From Candidatus Latescibacterota bacterium (GTDB taxonomy: Bacteria; Latescibacterota; UBA2968; GCA-2709665), in NCBI GenBank assembly GCA_965237675.1, contig OZ250150.1:2048001-2112000 (forward strand): DNA of 64,000 nt, in the 5' to 3' direction. Shown here piece by piece: positions 1 through 9,788 of the stretch. The position numbers and the translations under genes are program-made. Each line of letters begins with the position of its first letter. Position 1 is the stretch's first letter. A model generated the notes under the pieces. That model saw only the letters and a list, made by a program, of their open reading frames with translations, was not told the origin of the DNA and searched no databases.

Positions 1-123
1 ATATCTTTATTCCCACAATGCCTTTAAGGCTTCATTTGCTGAATTATGAATTTTGGGGGAATGAGTTCGTCGTGTGTTATAGATAACGCTCATTCGCCAA
101 TGACTTTCCCTTAAAACACTTAA

Positions 124-1811
124 CCCGATTAATTCATGAATCGTCAGATAGAGCATTTTAAGGAAGCAGAAAGAGCTTCCGAGTGAGACAAGAAACGAAA
201 GCGCATGGGCTGTGACGGATTTGGCGTGTTCAAGCCGTTTGGGCGGCGCCTGCTTTGCCTCGTGACGTCAGGTTGACCTCGATGCCCGTGTCAAGCGCAC
301 AGACTTCTCCATGACCTTTGGTGGTGGTCGATGCAAATGTGAAGGCGGGGTCAGCACGTCGATGGGTTATGGAACACCCGTTGCCAGATTATAGAGGATC
401 TTGCCATAAAGGTGTTTGAGTGGAAACGCCGTTGGCAGATGGAACTTGATTTTAGTTTTCAACTCACAAACGCGCCCGGCGACTTTCAAGAGACGATTTT
501 GCAGGGTATTGAACTGTGCGTTGGTCCACTTCGTGCCGCGCAATCCGATTGCAGCCAGGCTGTGCATCAGGACATAGGCGGCGCTGTGGAGAAAGAGACG
601 GAAGTGATTGGCCTGGAAGGTGTGACAAGAGGTGCGATCGGAATGGAGAAAGGTCTTGTGATTTTTGATGAAGTTTTCCATCCTGCCGCGTGTGCAATAG
701 GCGGTTTTGTAGATGAATGACGGTTGGGCGCGCTTCAGGTTGGTGACCACGAATCGGATATTGACACCTTGCGGTGTCACTTCCGCCTTGCAGACGATGC
801 GTTGTGGACACGCCCAGGTGCCGGCCTGATAGGCCCAACAGCGATAAAGGCGCACGGTTTCTCCGGAATCGGCATACCGCGTTTTGGCCTGGTCTATCAA
901 GGACTGTGCCTTCCGCAGGAGTTTGGCGTTGCCGTTCTGTCCGAGGACAAAATACACATCTTCTTCCTCACACAACACGTGCACTTCCGGACACGAAAAA
1001 TGCGCATCGCCACGTAACAGGATCTCCACGTCGGGCCAGGCTTTACGCAGGTAGGCGATCACCCGTTTGAGGATGGTGACGATCTCTTTACCCGCAGGCC
1101 GCCTGCCAGGACGCAAGACCGTCGTGATCAACTTGCCGGTTTGGCCTTCATAGATATGCAGGGGCTGGTAGCAATAGCCATTGAAATACGCATTGAACAA
1201 CGACAACTGTTGAGACCCATGCACCTTGTCTTCGGTGTCATCGATGTCCAACAGAATGGCTTCCGGCGGTTCCTCATACGAGGCGACAAACACATCCGCA
1301 AAGGCCTTGGCGATCCGATACAAATCGGTTCTGCTGATGCGGTTCTCGAACCGACTCATCGTGGGCTGACTGGCCAGGTCCGCGCCAGACAACGGCAACC
1401 GATCACAGGCCGCCTTGAAGCCGGGGTCCTCGCGTAACGTCTTGCAATCATTCGCATCCTCATACCCACAGGCCATCTGAAAGACACGTTGTTTGATCAG
1501 GTCCATCATCGAATGATGTACGTAACTTTGATGTCGATGATCGGTGAGCGCCGCAACCATCCGATGCAAAATGCCGACATTGGCCTCGACCTCACGAAGC
1601 AGCATCACCCCGACGTCGGTCGTCAGCACGCCCCCGTCGAACGTGGCTTCTACCTGCCTACCAGAAAGACTTGCGAAAGACAACCTGTGATGTTTATCTT
1701 GAACTCCCACGGTAGTTTCCTCCTGTTTCATTGTTATTAGGTTATTTGCGTAACCATAATATAATACAATGACTTGGGTATGGAAACTACCTTTTTTGTG
1801 AATTATTCAGG
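124..1811 (-). mobile_element. IS1380-family insertion sequence, complete (1688 bp)
   Basis: Imperfect terminal IRs CCCGATTAATTCATGAA (124-140) and revcomp CCTGAATAATTCACAAA (1795-1811), 13/17 identical. TTAA duplicated at 120-123 and 1812-1815. Transposase inside. Confidence 0.93.
367..1731 (-). CDS. IS1380-family DDE transposase
   Basis: 454 aa with motifs FDGGVLTTDVG, CGYEDAND, LASQPTMSRFEN, LDIDDT, LRGDAHF, RGRMENFIK. Confidence 0.95.
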   Translation of the reverse strand: MKQEETTVGVQDKHHRLSFASLSGRQVEATFDGGVLTTDVGVMLLREVEANVGILHRMVAALTDHRHQSYVHHSMMDLIKQRVFQMACGYEDANDCKTLREDPGFKAACDRLPLSGADLASQPTMSRFENRISRTDLYRIAKAFADVFVASYEEPPEAILLDIDDTEDKVHGSQQLSLFNAYFNGYCYQPLHIYEGQTGKLITTVLRPGRRPAGKEIVTILKRVIAYLRKAWPDVEILLRGDAHFSCPEVHVLCEEEDVYFVLGQNGNAKLLRKAQSLIDQAKTRYADSGETVRLYRCWAYQAGTWACPQRIVCKAEVTPQGVNIRFVVTNLKRAQPSFIYKTAYCTRGRMENFIKNHKTFLHSDRTSCHTFQANHFRLFLHSAAYVLMHSLAAIGLRGTKWTNAQFNTLQNRLLKVAGRVCELKTKIKFHLPTAFPLKHLYGKILYNLATGVP

Positions 1812-2311
1812 TTAAGATGTGATCCATGTTTTTCATTGTCCTGTTTGCAATTTTTGTGAATTTGCGTATTTCTATTGCCGCTCCAGGAAATCTCTTTCTA
1901 CATTCCCTCATTTTCATTATTGCAGATCTTATCCTATTCTTCCAATCAACATAGTCTGTTTCTCTTTTTTCAGTAAATTCCAAATAACTCGCAATTCTAT
2001 TGAAAGAATCTTCGTCAAGAGAATCTATGTCGACTATTTCTAATGTTCCTATAAAAAAAGCATACTTGGAACGCAGGATTTCGACCATGTCATTATTTAT
2101 TTCCTGCATATCTTTGCAAAGGCGTTTGACACCGGCTCTGACATATTGAGTCTTTTCCTTTTGCACTTTATAAGAGTCACAAATTTCATCTACTGCGGTG
2201 ATATTTATAGGCAATTTGTCTTCCAAAGCCTTTGTTTCAGGAAATGTAATCACCTCTGCCATTCCGATATCCCCTTTCCGATTGGGGCTGTTGAGCGTTC
2301 GCGTCAAAATT

Positions 2312-2340
2312 AATATATCGTAGTTACGTATACGCGGCAA
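2312..2340 (-). promoter_or_regulatory. putative sigma-70 promoter of the interrupted gene
   Basis: TTGCCG-17 nt-TATATT on the minus strand. Confidence 0.45.
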
Positions 2341-2429
2341 GGATAAGTTAAGATAGCTGAATCGCAATACTTCCTCTGAAATGATATGACATAGACTTTC
2401 CGTTCAACATGAATTTGTATAGGCAAGGT

Positions 2430-2573
2430 CACTGCTGTCCAAGATAATTTGGCAACGACGATTTTGGGCGGGTAAGTACCTGGTTTTCTTGAAAGTCGTT
2501 TCGTAGCGCCAATACAGGTCACCTTCTTTAGGCCAATGCTGTCCAAGAATGAAGCCGATTTCGGACAGGTGTG
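2430..2573. mobile_element. MITE copy 1 (144 bp)
   Basis: Ends CACTGCTGTCCAAGA and TTTCGGACAGGTGTG are imperfect inverted repeats. Near-identical to 2776-2919. No transposase. Confidence 0.75.
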
Positions 2574-2575
2574 AC

Positions 2576-2670
2576 CTTTTGTGTTTTTGTGCCTTTTGTG
2601 GCAAATGTTTTTTCGCGGCAAACTGGTAGAGCAGGACAATAGCCACAAAAAGCACAGAAGGCACAGAAGG
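2576..2670. repeat. imperfect inverted repeat of short tandem units (TTTTGTG / CACAAAA-CACAGAA)
   Basis: CTTTTGTGTTTTTGTGCCTTTTGTGGC ... GCCACAAAAAGCACAGAAGGCACAGAAGG. Confidence 0.65.
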
Positions 2671-2775
2671 ACTACAAGCCAACCGGTGGGTGAAGAAACG
2701 CCTGCAGTCCGTATGAAATATTGGCGTTTTTCGTAGTTATTCAGCCGTTCACGGAATAAACTTTTTACCCTATGT

Positions 2776-2919
2776 CACTGCTGTCCAAGATAATTTGGCA
2801 ACGACGATTTTGGGCGCGTAAGTACCTGGTTTTCTTGAAAGTCGTTTCGTAGCGCCAATACAGGTCACCTTCTTTAGGCCAATGCTGTCCAAGAATGAAG
2901 CCGATTTTGGACAGGTGTG
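2776..2919. mobile_element. MITE copy 2 (144 bp), direct repeat of copy 1
   Basis: 2 mismatches versus copy 1. AGGCAAGGT lies immediately outside both outer ends (2421-2429, 2920-2928). Confidence 0.75.
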
Positions 2920-3030
2920 AGGCAAGGTATAATAACCCAGTGTAAGCGCCGAAAGTGAGGCCGCAGGTCGAGCGAAGGGTGAACCTTTGCAAGCCGGCGG
3001 GACTTTAGGGCATAAACGAAGGATCTCGAA

Positions 3031-3576
3031 ATGTTGCCAGAGCTGATCGAAACGGACCGGTTGAGACTCAGGCTGCCCAGCCTGAAGGATGTTGAAGATG
3101 TCCTGGCGTACGCATCCAATGCGGATTGGGCGCGCTACCTTCCGGTTCCTCAGCCCTACACGAGAGCCGACGCCGAGAATTTCCTGGCGGGACAACTGTT
3201 GCAAGATCCCAAGAAACGCGTGCAGTGGGCGATTGAACACGCCGGATCCGCTATCGGCGGAATCAATATCCGGTTTGACTTTGAGAATCGCGTCGGCACA
3301 TTAGGTTATAGCGTTGCCAGGCGCCATTGGGGGAAAGGGTTGGCCACGGAAGCCGTTGGAGCGGTGATCGACGAAGCGTTTACGGTCCATCCGGACTTGA
3401 ATCGCATTCAAGCTTCGGCCGATGAGAGAAACATCGGTTCCCTACGCGTCATGGAGAAACTTGGGATGGTCCGGGAGGGTGTCCTGCGCGAGGATCAATA
3501 TCTGAGAGGGGAATTCAGAAACACGGTGTGGTGCGGCTTGTTGCGTTGTGAATGGGAAGCTCGCAAGAATAGGTGA
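3031..3576 (+). CDS. GNAT N-acetyltransferase, RimJ/RimL-like
   Basis: IETDRLRLR start, HWGKGLATEA acetyl-CoA motif, NIGSLRVMEKLGMVREG. Confidence 0.92.
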   Translation: MLPELIETDRLRLRLPSLKDVEDVLAYASNADWARYLPVPQPYTRADAENFLAGQLLQDPKKRVQWAIEHAGSAIGGINIRFDFENRVGTLGYSVARRHWGKGLATEAVGAVIDEAFTVHPDLNRIQASADERNIGSLRVMEKLGMVREGVLREDQYLRGEFRNTVWCGLLRCEWEARKNR

Positions 3577-4094
3577 AAGAGACGATGCGAATCAGTCTGA
3601 AAAAGGCACTTATTGCAGACGCGGAAGCTATTCACCGGCTTCAGGTTGAATCGTTCCTGCCGCTGCTCCACAAGTATCGGGATTCCGATACGAATCCAGC
3701 CAACGACGGTGTCGAACGAATTATCGCCAGACTGAAACAGCCCCATACGACTTACTACCTCATCATGCTCGATGGCGTCCGCATCGGAGCGATCAGAACA
3801 ATCTACGATGGCGAGGCCAGACGGGCGAGAATCAGTCCCATGTTTATCGTTCCAGAGCATCAAAGGAAGGGGTATGGTCAGGATACCATCGCGCTTGTTG
3901 AGGATGTTGTTGATGCGGAATACTGGGAACTCGAGACGATCCTGCAGGAGAAAGGCAACTGTCATTTCTATGAGAAAATGGGTTGTCGGAGAACTGGAAT
4001 CGCCCGGGAGATCAATTCCAGAATGACCATTGTATCCTATGTGAAATCAACGGGTGGAGGAAAGACCAATGGGCGACCTGGAAAAGTATATTGA
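3573..4094 (+). CDS. GNAT N-acetyltransferase
   Basis: PEHQRKGYG motif A and NCHFYEKMG motif B. GTG overlaps the upstream stop. Confidence 0.88.
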   Translation: MKETMRISLKKALIADAEAIHRLQVESFLPLLHKYRDSDTNPANDGVERIIARLKQPHTTYYLIMLDGVRIGAIRTIYDGEARRARISPMFIVPEHQRKGYGQDTIALVEDVVDAEYWELETILQEKGNCHFYEKMGCRRTGIAREINSRMTIVSYVKSTGGGKTNGRPGKVY

Positions 4095-4344
4095 GAAACG
4101 CAAAGCAAGAGACCCCGAATTCGCCGCGAATTACGAAAGCGGTTATCTGGAATTCAAGATCGGTGTTTTGCTCCGACAAGCCCGAAGAGACGCCGGTCTG
4201 ACACAGGAGGAGGTGGCAAAAAAGCTGAATACAAAGAGGTCCGCAATTTCGAGAATGGAAAACCATGCACAGGACATCAGACTGTCGACTATGGGGAAGT
4301 ATGCAAGAGCGATTGGAAGGAAATTGCACTTTTCGGTGGGATAG
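4069..4344 (+). CDS. XRE/HTH_3 regulator, HigA-like antitoxin (no toxin adjacent)
   Basis: GGAGG RBS then ATG 4069. LRQARRDAGLTQEEVAKKLNTKRSAISRMEN helix-turn-helix. Confidence 0.85.
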   Translation: MGDLEKYIEKRKARDPEFAANYESGYLEFKIGVLLRQARRDAGLTQEEVAKKLNTKRSAISRMENHAQDIRLSTMGKYARAIGRKLHFSVG

Positions 4345-4364
4345 GTAAGACATACTCTGCGCAG

Positions 4365-4442
4365 CCTGAACCTGCCCTCTGAGCCGCTCCCTGAGCTTGC
4401 GGTCCCTGAGCCTGTCGAAGGGTCGAAGGGTCGGCCGAAGTG
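4365..4442. repeat. nested CCCTGAGCYTGTCGAAGGG-type palindromic repeats
   Basis: One complete unit at 4404-4422, preceded by extra CTGARC half-sites and followed by extra GYCGAAG half-sites. Related cluster at 19801-19864. Confidence 0.6.
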
Positions 4443-4498
4443 TGTCAGATGCTGTGCGCTGTAGCGGCTCCGGGAAACGCCAGAGAGGACTCTAAACA

Positions 4499-5227
4499 AT
4501 GACTGAACATGCGGGCAAGACGCTTGCAGGCAAAGGAGCGGTTATCACGGGCGCCGGTCGTGGCATCGGCCAGGCCATCGCGCTGGGTTACGCCCGGGTG
4601 GGCGCATCGATCTGTTGCGCGGCGAGAACCGAAACCGAAATCCAGGAAACGGCACGTCGGATTCGAGGGGAGGGTGGAACCGCGGTCTCATTCCAAACCG
4701 ACATAACGCAATGGCCTGCGGTACAGGCGCTTTTCGATTTTGCGGAATCCGAACTCGGCGGAATCGACATCGCGGTGTTGAATGCAGGGGTGAATCTCAA
4801 TCACGGCGCCGTCGAGGATAGCGATCCGGCGGCCTGGGAGGAAACCATTCGCACCAATCTGCTTGGCGCGTACTATTGCGCCAGGGCGGCAATTCCGGCC
4901 ATGAAGAAGCGGGGCGGCGGAAAGATCATCACGATTGGTTCCGGCATGGGCCACAGGGGATTCGCGGAAAGTTCGGCATACTGCTGCTCGAAGGCCGGTC
5001 TCTGGATGTTGACGCGTGTTCTAGCACAGGAACTCTGGCAGCACAATATCAGCGTCAACGAACTCATCCCCGGGCCGGTACGAACCGAAATGGACGCGGT
5101 ACTCGACATCGAGAGCGAGTGGATCAAGTCTCCTGAGGACGTCGTGCCGATGGCGCTTTTTCTGGCGACGCAACCCGATATCGGGCCGACCGCGCAGAGT
5201 TACAGTCTGATGCGGCGGGATACATAA
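4499..5227 (+). CDS. SDR-family oxidoreductase
   Basis: TGAGRGIG cofactor motif, LNAG, YCCSK (YxxxK). Confidence 0.95.
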   Translation: MTEHAGKTLAGKGAVITGAGRGIGQAIALGYARVGASICCAARTETEIQETARRIRGEGGTAVSFQTDITQWPAVQALFDFAESELGGIDIAVLNAGVNLNHGAVEDSDPAAWEETIRTNLLGAYYCARAAIPAMKKRGGGKIITIGSGMGHRGFAESSAYCCSKAGLWMLTRVLAQELWQHNISVNELIPGPVRTEMDAVLDIESEWIKSPEDVVPMALFLATQPDIGPTAQSYSLMRRDT

Positions 5228-6270
5228 TGAGTGTGCAGCTGGCCAGCATGAAGGATATCCGGGCCTTATTCCGCAATAAGCCGGATCTTTCCCGAGCCCG
5301 GATCGATGCGCTCCTCGAGAAACACGGCTTCAGTTCGTCCCGGACTATTCAGCGCCTGGATGGCAATTTCACAAATCTGACTCTTGATGTGGAAACTCAA
5401 GCCCACGGCCGTGTATTCCTCAAGATGCAATTCCGGCGAACCCGCGGCTTCAGTCTGGAGGCCGAGTTCATCGCCACACGGGCGTTGCAGGCGGCCGCCG
5501 ACGTTCCCGTGTCTGAGTCCCTGGTGTACGACGGCGACGGGGAACCGCTTCCGTTTGAATGTCTATTGATCCCCCATGAACCTGGTGAGCCGGGCCTTGG
5601 CTTCTACAGGGGCGCATCCCGGGCGCAGCGACTGCAGTTGGGCGCCCTGCTGGGCGAGACCCTGGCGCGCGTGCATAGCCAGCAATGTCCGGAAGCGCTT
5701 CAGGCGGAGCATACGAGGGACCTGGCACGTTGGGAGGGGACGGTCCGGGATGCGTTGTTCGGAGACGAGGCGCTGGCTTCTTCCCTTGCGGTAACCCTGC
5801 CCGAACTGTGGGGCAGGGTGCAGGCCGCCATGGAACGCGCGCCCGATGTGAGGATACGCGGCGGTAACGTCTTCCTGTGGGGAGAACCCGGACTCCACAA
5901 CGTGCTCGTGATGAACGGCGGTTCGCTGCAAATCACAAACGCGCATGATTTCCAGTCGGCCGGATGGGGAACGGCGATCCTCGACCTGCAGCAGGTCGAA
6001 GGCGAAACCCTGGCCAGGCCGGGGTCGGATTACTATGAATCCGGTTACGTCGATGCATTTCGATCTTCCTACGAGGCCGCCGTCGAAAAACCTGTCGCGC
6101 GGTTATCGCAACACGAGGAAAAGCTTCTGGCAATTGTCAAGAATATCCGCGGGATCAGGTTTTTCTGGGACTGCGGAAGTCTTCTCCACCCCAGGACACC
6201 TGAGTTCCTGGGCGCCGCGGTTACCGATCTCGAGAGTCTGCGTCTCGGGCAGGACGAGTATTCCTCCTGA
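5227..6270 (+). CDS. aminoglycoside phosphotransferase/choline kinase-like protein
   Basis: VFLK lysine, LGETLARVHS, catalytic-loop-like WGEPGLHNVLV, HDFQSA metal motif. Confidence 0.7.
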   Translation: MSVQLASMKDIRALFRNKPDLSRARIDALLEKHGFSSSRTIQRLDGNFTNLTLDVETQAHGRVFLKMQFRRTRGFSLEAEFIATRALQAAADVPVSESLVYDGDGEPLPFECLLIPHEPGEPGLGFYRGASRAQRLQLGALLGETLARVHSQQCPEALQAEHTRDLARWEGTVRDALFGDEALASSLAVTLPELWGRVQAAMERAPDVRIRGGNVFLWGEPGLHNVLVMNGGSLQITNAHDFQSAGWGTAILDLQQVEGETLARPGSDYYESGYVDAFRSSYEAAVEKPVARLSQHEEKLLAIVKNIRGIRFFWDCGSLLHPRTPEFLGAAVTDLESLRLGQDEYSS

Positions 6271-6289
6271 CACCAGTTGAGGTGTGACG

Positions 6290-6412
6290 CGGCTATTCAC
6301 CATCGCCGGCAACAAGTACCGTATGATTGCCTCCATTCATTTCAATCGGGGCAAAGTATATATCCATCATGTGCGTACGCAAAATGCCTACTTCCGCGGA
6401 GGATTGGAGGAC
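6290..6412 (+). pseudogene. 3' remnant of HigB toxin
   Basis: LFTIAGNKYRMIASIHFNRGKVYIHHVRT matches the HigB C-terminal half. No 5' half, and it reads in frame into higA. Confidence 0.75.
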
Positions 6413-6818
6413 ATGAACTTCTTTACCCCACAGCTTCAGCGATCCTGGACGCACGTGAGCGCCTTACTTGAGATTCGAAACGAGCGTGATTACGATATGG
6501 CTGTGGAGCGCCTTAACAGCCTCATTGACGAGGTAGGCACGGATGAGGAAACATCCGCTCCATTCTCTGCTTGATACGCTAGGCGCCGTTGTCCATGCTT
6601 GGGAGGAACACCATCATCCCATGCCCCGGGTCAATGGCAGAGATGTGCTTAGATTGCTCATGGAGGTACATAACTTGACGCAGGCGGAACTGCCAGAGGT
6701 GGGTTCGCAAGGGGTTGTTTCGGAGATTCTGGGTGGCCGCCGAGAGCTGAACATCCGGCAGATTCGTGCTCTGTCCGACCGTTTCTGCGTATCACCGTCG
6801 GCTTTTGTATACCATTAA
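6413..6818 (+). pseudogene. HigA antitoxin, frameshifted near 6550
   Basis: GGAGG-ATG 6413. IRNERDYDMAVERLNSLIDEVG in one frame, HPLHSLLDTLG...VGSQGVVSEILGGRRELNIRQI in the next. Confidence 0.82.
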
Positions 6819-6943
6819 TCTCCGGCGAACGCCCGCCCTGAAACACCCTGCCGCCACCTTCGGTCCTTGCGGTGTTCAAGCCGCGACCTGCGAATCAGAC
6901 AAAACAAACAGTAAGACCCGCATCAACGGAAGGAGATTCCGGA

Positions 6944-7684
6944 ATGGGACGATACCAGGCATATGACCCCTTTGCCCGCATTTACGACATGCACTGGAGC
7001 AATTTCGCAGAGAGGATTTACCCGGTACTGGATCGTCTCGTGCTGGGGCATCTCCCGAGAGGCTGCGCCGTTATGGATCTCTGTTGCGGTACCGGACAGC
7101 TTGCCGCGGTGCTTTCCGCTAAGGGATACGCTACGACTGGCGTGGATGGGTCCGAGGGGATGGTCGAGATCGCGAGGAAAAACGCGCCGGACGTGGCGTT
7201 CTTCGTGCAGGACGCCCGAAACATCTCCCTGAACCGTCAATTTTCGGCGGTGTTCTCAACCTTCGACAGCCTCAACCACGTGATGAGCCTGGACGAACTG
7301 GAGCAGGTTTTTCGAAACGTGCACGCCGTCCTGGAAGAGGGCGGACACTTCGAATTCGACCTGAACATGGAAGAGGGCTACCTGCAGCGCTGGCGCGGTA
7401 GTTTTGGAATTGTGGAGGATGATCACGTATGTGTGGCCCGATCGTCGAGAGATGAAGAAAAAAGGATCGGACGGATGGACCTGACGGTGTTCGAGTCGGT
7501 GGTGACAGGCTGGATGCGGACCGACGTTTCCCTTCTGCAGCGCTGGTACCGGGAGAGCGATATCAGGGAGCGACTCTCGAGTGCTGGTTTCGTGGAGTTG
7601 CAGACGTTCGATGGAAAGGATCCGATCGTGGAGGGAGCAAAGGATTGCCCAGGCAGGATGTTTTTCGTAGCGAGAAAACCGTAG
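6944..7684 (+). CDS. class I SAM-dependent methyltransferase
   Basis: AGGAG RBS. VMDLCCGTG motif I, GVDGSEGM, STFDSLNH. Confidence 0.93.
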   Translation: MGRYQAYDPFARIYDMHWSNFAERIYPVLDRLVLGHLPRGCAVMDLCCGTGQLAAVLSAKGYATTGVDGSEGMVEIARKNAPDVAFFVQDARNISLNRQFSAVFSTFDSLNHVMSLDELEQVFRNVHAVLEEGGHFEFDLNMEEGYLQRWRGSFGIVEDDHVCVARSSRDEEKRIGRMDLTVFESVVTGWMRTDVSLLQRWYRESDIRERLSSAGFVELQTFDGKDPIVEGAKDCPGRMFFVARKP

Positions 7685-7818
7685 GATCGACCGTCGGAGG
7701 GGAGCGTGAGACGCGCTGGATACCGGGCTGAGTGGGGAGAGGGCCACGTTCTGTGTCGAGGGCGAGATGTCCTCGGTTGCTGGTCTTGCGGCTTCTCAGC
7801 CCGGATACCGCGTGGGGT

Positions 7819-9762
7819 TCAATCTCTGTCAAGACTGTATTTCTTTAGTTTACGGTGTAATGTCGCCCGATGGATGCCGAGCGCATGTGCGGCGCGCGTA
7901 ATGTTGTCGCCAGCGGCTTCCAGTGCCAGGAGCAGGGCCTGTCGCTCCACCTCGGCGAGAGGAAGGATAGCCGTCGGCGCGGCCCGGTCCTGTCCGGACG
8001 CAATTGCCGGAGACAGCTGAGGCGGCAGGTTGCCAGCCCGAATCACAGATGCCGTCTCCAGAAGCATGGCGCGCTCGATGGCGTTTTCCAATTCGCGTAC
8101 GTTTCCTGGCCATTCGTACTGTAGCAACAGACGCATGGCGGCCGTGGAGATGCCGTTAATGGATTTTTTCATGCGTACGGCGTATTTCTTCAGGAAGTGT
8201 TCGGCAAGCACGGGAATATCCTCACGACGCTCTCTAAGCGGCGGAATCGAAATGGGGAAGGCCGCCACTCGATAGAACAGATCCTCACGGAACTCGCCCG
8301 CCTTTACCGCGCGCTCCAGGTCTTTGTTGGTGGCCGTTATCACCCGGATGTCGACGGATATGGGGGCTGTTCCACCGATCCGCTGGATTTCCCGCTCCTG
8401 CAAAACCCGCAACAGCTTGCCCTGCAGGGTGTGCGGCAGGTCGCCGATTTCGTCGATAAGGATCGTGCCTGTGCCCGCACGCTCGAAGGCACCGGTTCTC
8501 CGCGTGGTTGCGCCCGTGAAAGCTCCTTTTTCATGTCCGAACAACTCGCTTTCGATGAGCGTTTCGGGAATTGTGGCGCAATCGAGGGCAACGAACGGAC
8601 CTTTTTTTCGCGAACTGTTAAAGTGAAACGACCTGGCAACCAGTTCTTTGCCGGTGCCGCTTTCGCCTCGGATCAGAACCGTAATATCGCTTTCGGTGGC
8701 CTGTTTCATGAGCGCGTACACACGCTGCATTCCTCTGCTCGTGCCTACCATTCCTGCAAAGGAATAGGTCGTTTCCAATTCCGTGCGCAGGCGCAGGACC
8801 TCGGCCTTCATCTGCTCGGCATCGATTTCCCTGGACACGTCCCGATACAAGACGAGGTTGCCGACTACGTGTCCCTGGTCGTCGCTAACCGGCGCGGCTG
8901 AGCGGTAAAACAGGCGTTGCTTCGGCAAGCCGCCGGCGCCGGTTGTTTCCACCACGTCTCCGCTGTCGAGGAGAACTCTGCCCTCCATGTGGCTCAGGTC
9001 AGGTTCCCGGAACCGCTCCTTGAAACGTGCCGAGAGAACACCCGGCGGGAATTTCTCCAGTTCGATTCCCTCCAGACCCAGCAGATTCAGGTACATCTCG
9101 TTGGCGAATACCAGGCGTCCGGTGACGTCGTGCATTGCGATAGCGTCGCCGGTAGCATTTAGCACCGCTTCCAGTCTTCCATGGCTGGCGGCAAGTTGCC
9201 GCCTTTGTTCCGCCAACTCTTGTTCGACGTTCCACTTTCCGACCAGCGACAGGGTAATTTGCTGTATTTCCTCGTGTGTAAAGGGTTTTCTTATGTAGAG
9301 CAGTTTGTGCAGCAATTCCATGTCGTAGACGATTTCGGGCAGCGACCTGTCGGTGTAAGCGGTCATAATGACAATTTCAATGTCGCGATCGATTTCTCTC
9401 ACCCTGCGCACTGTTTCAATGCCATCGATGCCTGGGGGCATTCGAATATCGATATAGGCCACGGCGACTGGGCGGTTCGATTCCCTTCCACCCCGGATGA
9501 TGTCGCATGCTTCCTCCCCGTTGTTCGCGTGCAGCAACTCGAACTCCGGGAGATAGTTTCCTTCCTGTTCGTGCACGAACGAAGCCGCCAGATCGTCATC
9601 CGACGGGCTCGCGACATCGGAACAAAGCATTTCCGCAAAGTCGTCGTGTATCTCGGGCTGATCATCGACGATCAGAACGCGATTGTTTCCGTGATTAAAG
9701 GATTCCATCGACCACCTTCGTCCCCGTCCGGTTGACAAGTAATCTGAAAACGGCGCATTCAT
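7819..9762 (-). CDS. sigma-54 enhancer-binding response regulator (REC-PAS-AAA+-Fis HTH)
   Basis: VLIVDD...YIDIRMP...KPF receiver, PAS-like segment, GESGTGKE, GAFTGA, WPGNVRELEN, C-terminal HTH. Confidence 0.95.
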   Translation of the reverse strand: MNAPFSDYLSTGRGRRWSMESFNHGNNRVLIVDDQPEIHDDFAEMLCSDVASPSDDDLAASFVHEQEGNYLPEFELLHANNGEEACDIIRGGRESNRPVAVAYIDIRMPPGIDGIETVRRVREIDRDIEIVIMTAYTDRSLPEIVYDMELLHKLLYIRKPFTHEEIQQITLSLVGKWNVEQELAEQRRQLAASHGRLEAVLNATGDAIAMHDVTGRLVFANEMYLNLLGLEGIELEKFPPGVLSARFKERFREPDLSHMEGRVLLDSGDVVETTGAGGLPKQRLFYRSAAPVSDDQGHVVGNLVLYRDVSREIDAEQMKAEVLRLRTELETTYSFAGMVGTSRGMQRVYALMKQATESDITVLIRGESGTGKELVARSFHFNSSRKKGPFVALDCATIPETLIESELFGHEKGAFTGATTRRTGAFERAGTGTILIDEIGDLPHTLQGKLLRVLQEREIQRIGGTAPISVDIRVITATNKDLERAVKAGEFREDLFYRVAAFPISIPPLRERREDIPVLAEHFLKKYAVRMKKSINGISTAAMRLLLQYEWPGNVRELENAIERAMLLETASVIRAGNLPPQLSPAIASGQDRAAPTAILPLAEVERQALLLALEAAGDNITRAAHALGIHRATLHRKLKKYSLDRD

Positions 9763-9788
9763 GTCTCATCCTGCCCTTCACGGTTTAC

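Larger units (their letters stand above)
7..2262 (-). pseudogene. AT-rich hypothetical gene (187 aa when reconstituted) interrupted by IS1380
   Basis: ATG 2262 with AAAGGGG RBS. The ORF ends in the IS end (I-L-T-stop). Removing the IS plus one TTAA continues in frame for 37 codons (SVLRESHW...NSANEALKALWE) to TAA at 9-7. Confidence 0.8.

Noticed and set aside
2428-2920. CRISPR array
   Set aside because: Only two long repeats with IR ends. No spacer periodicity or cas genes.
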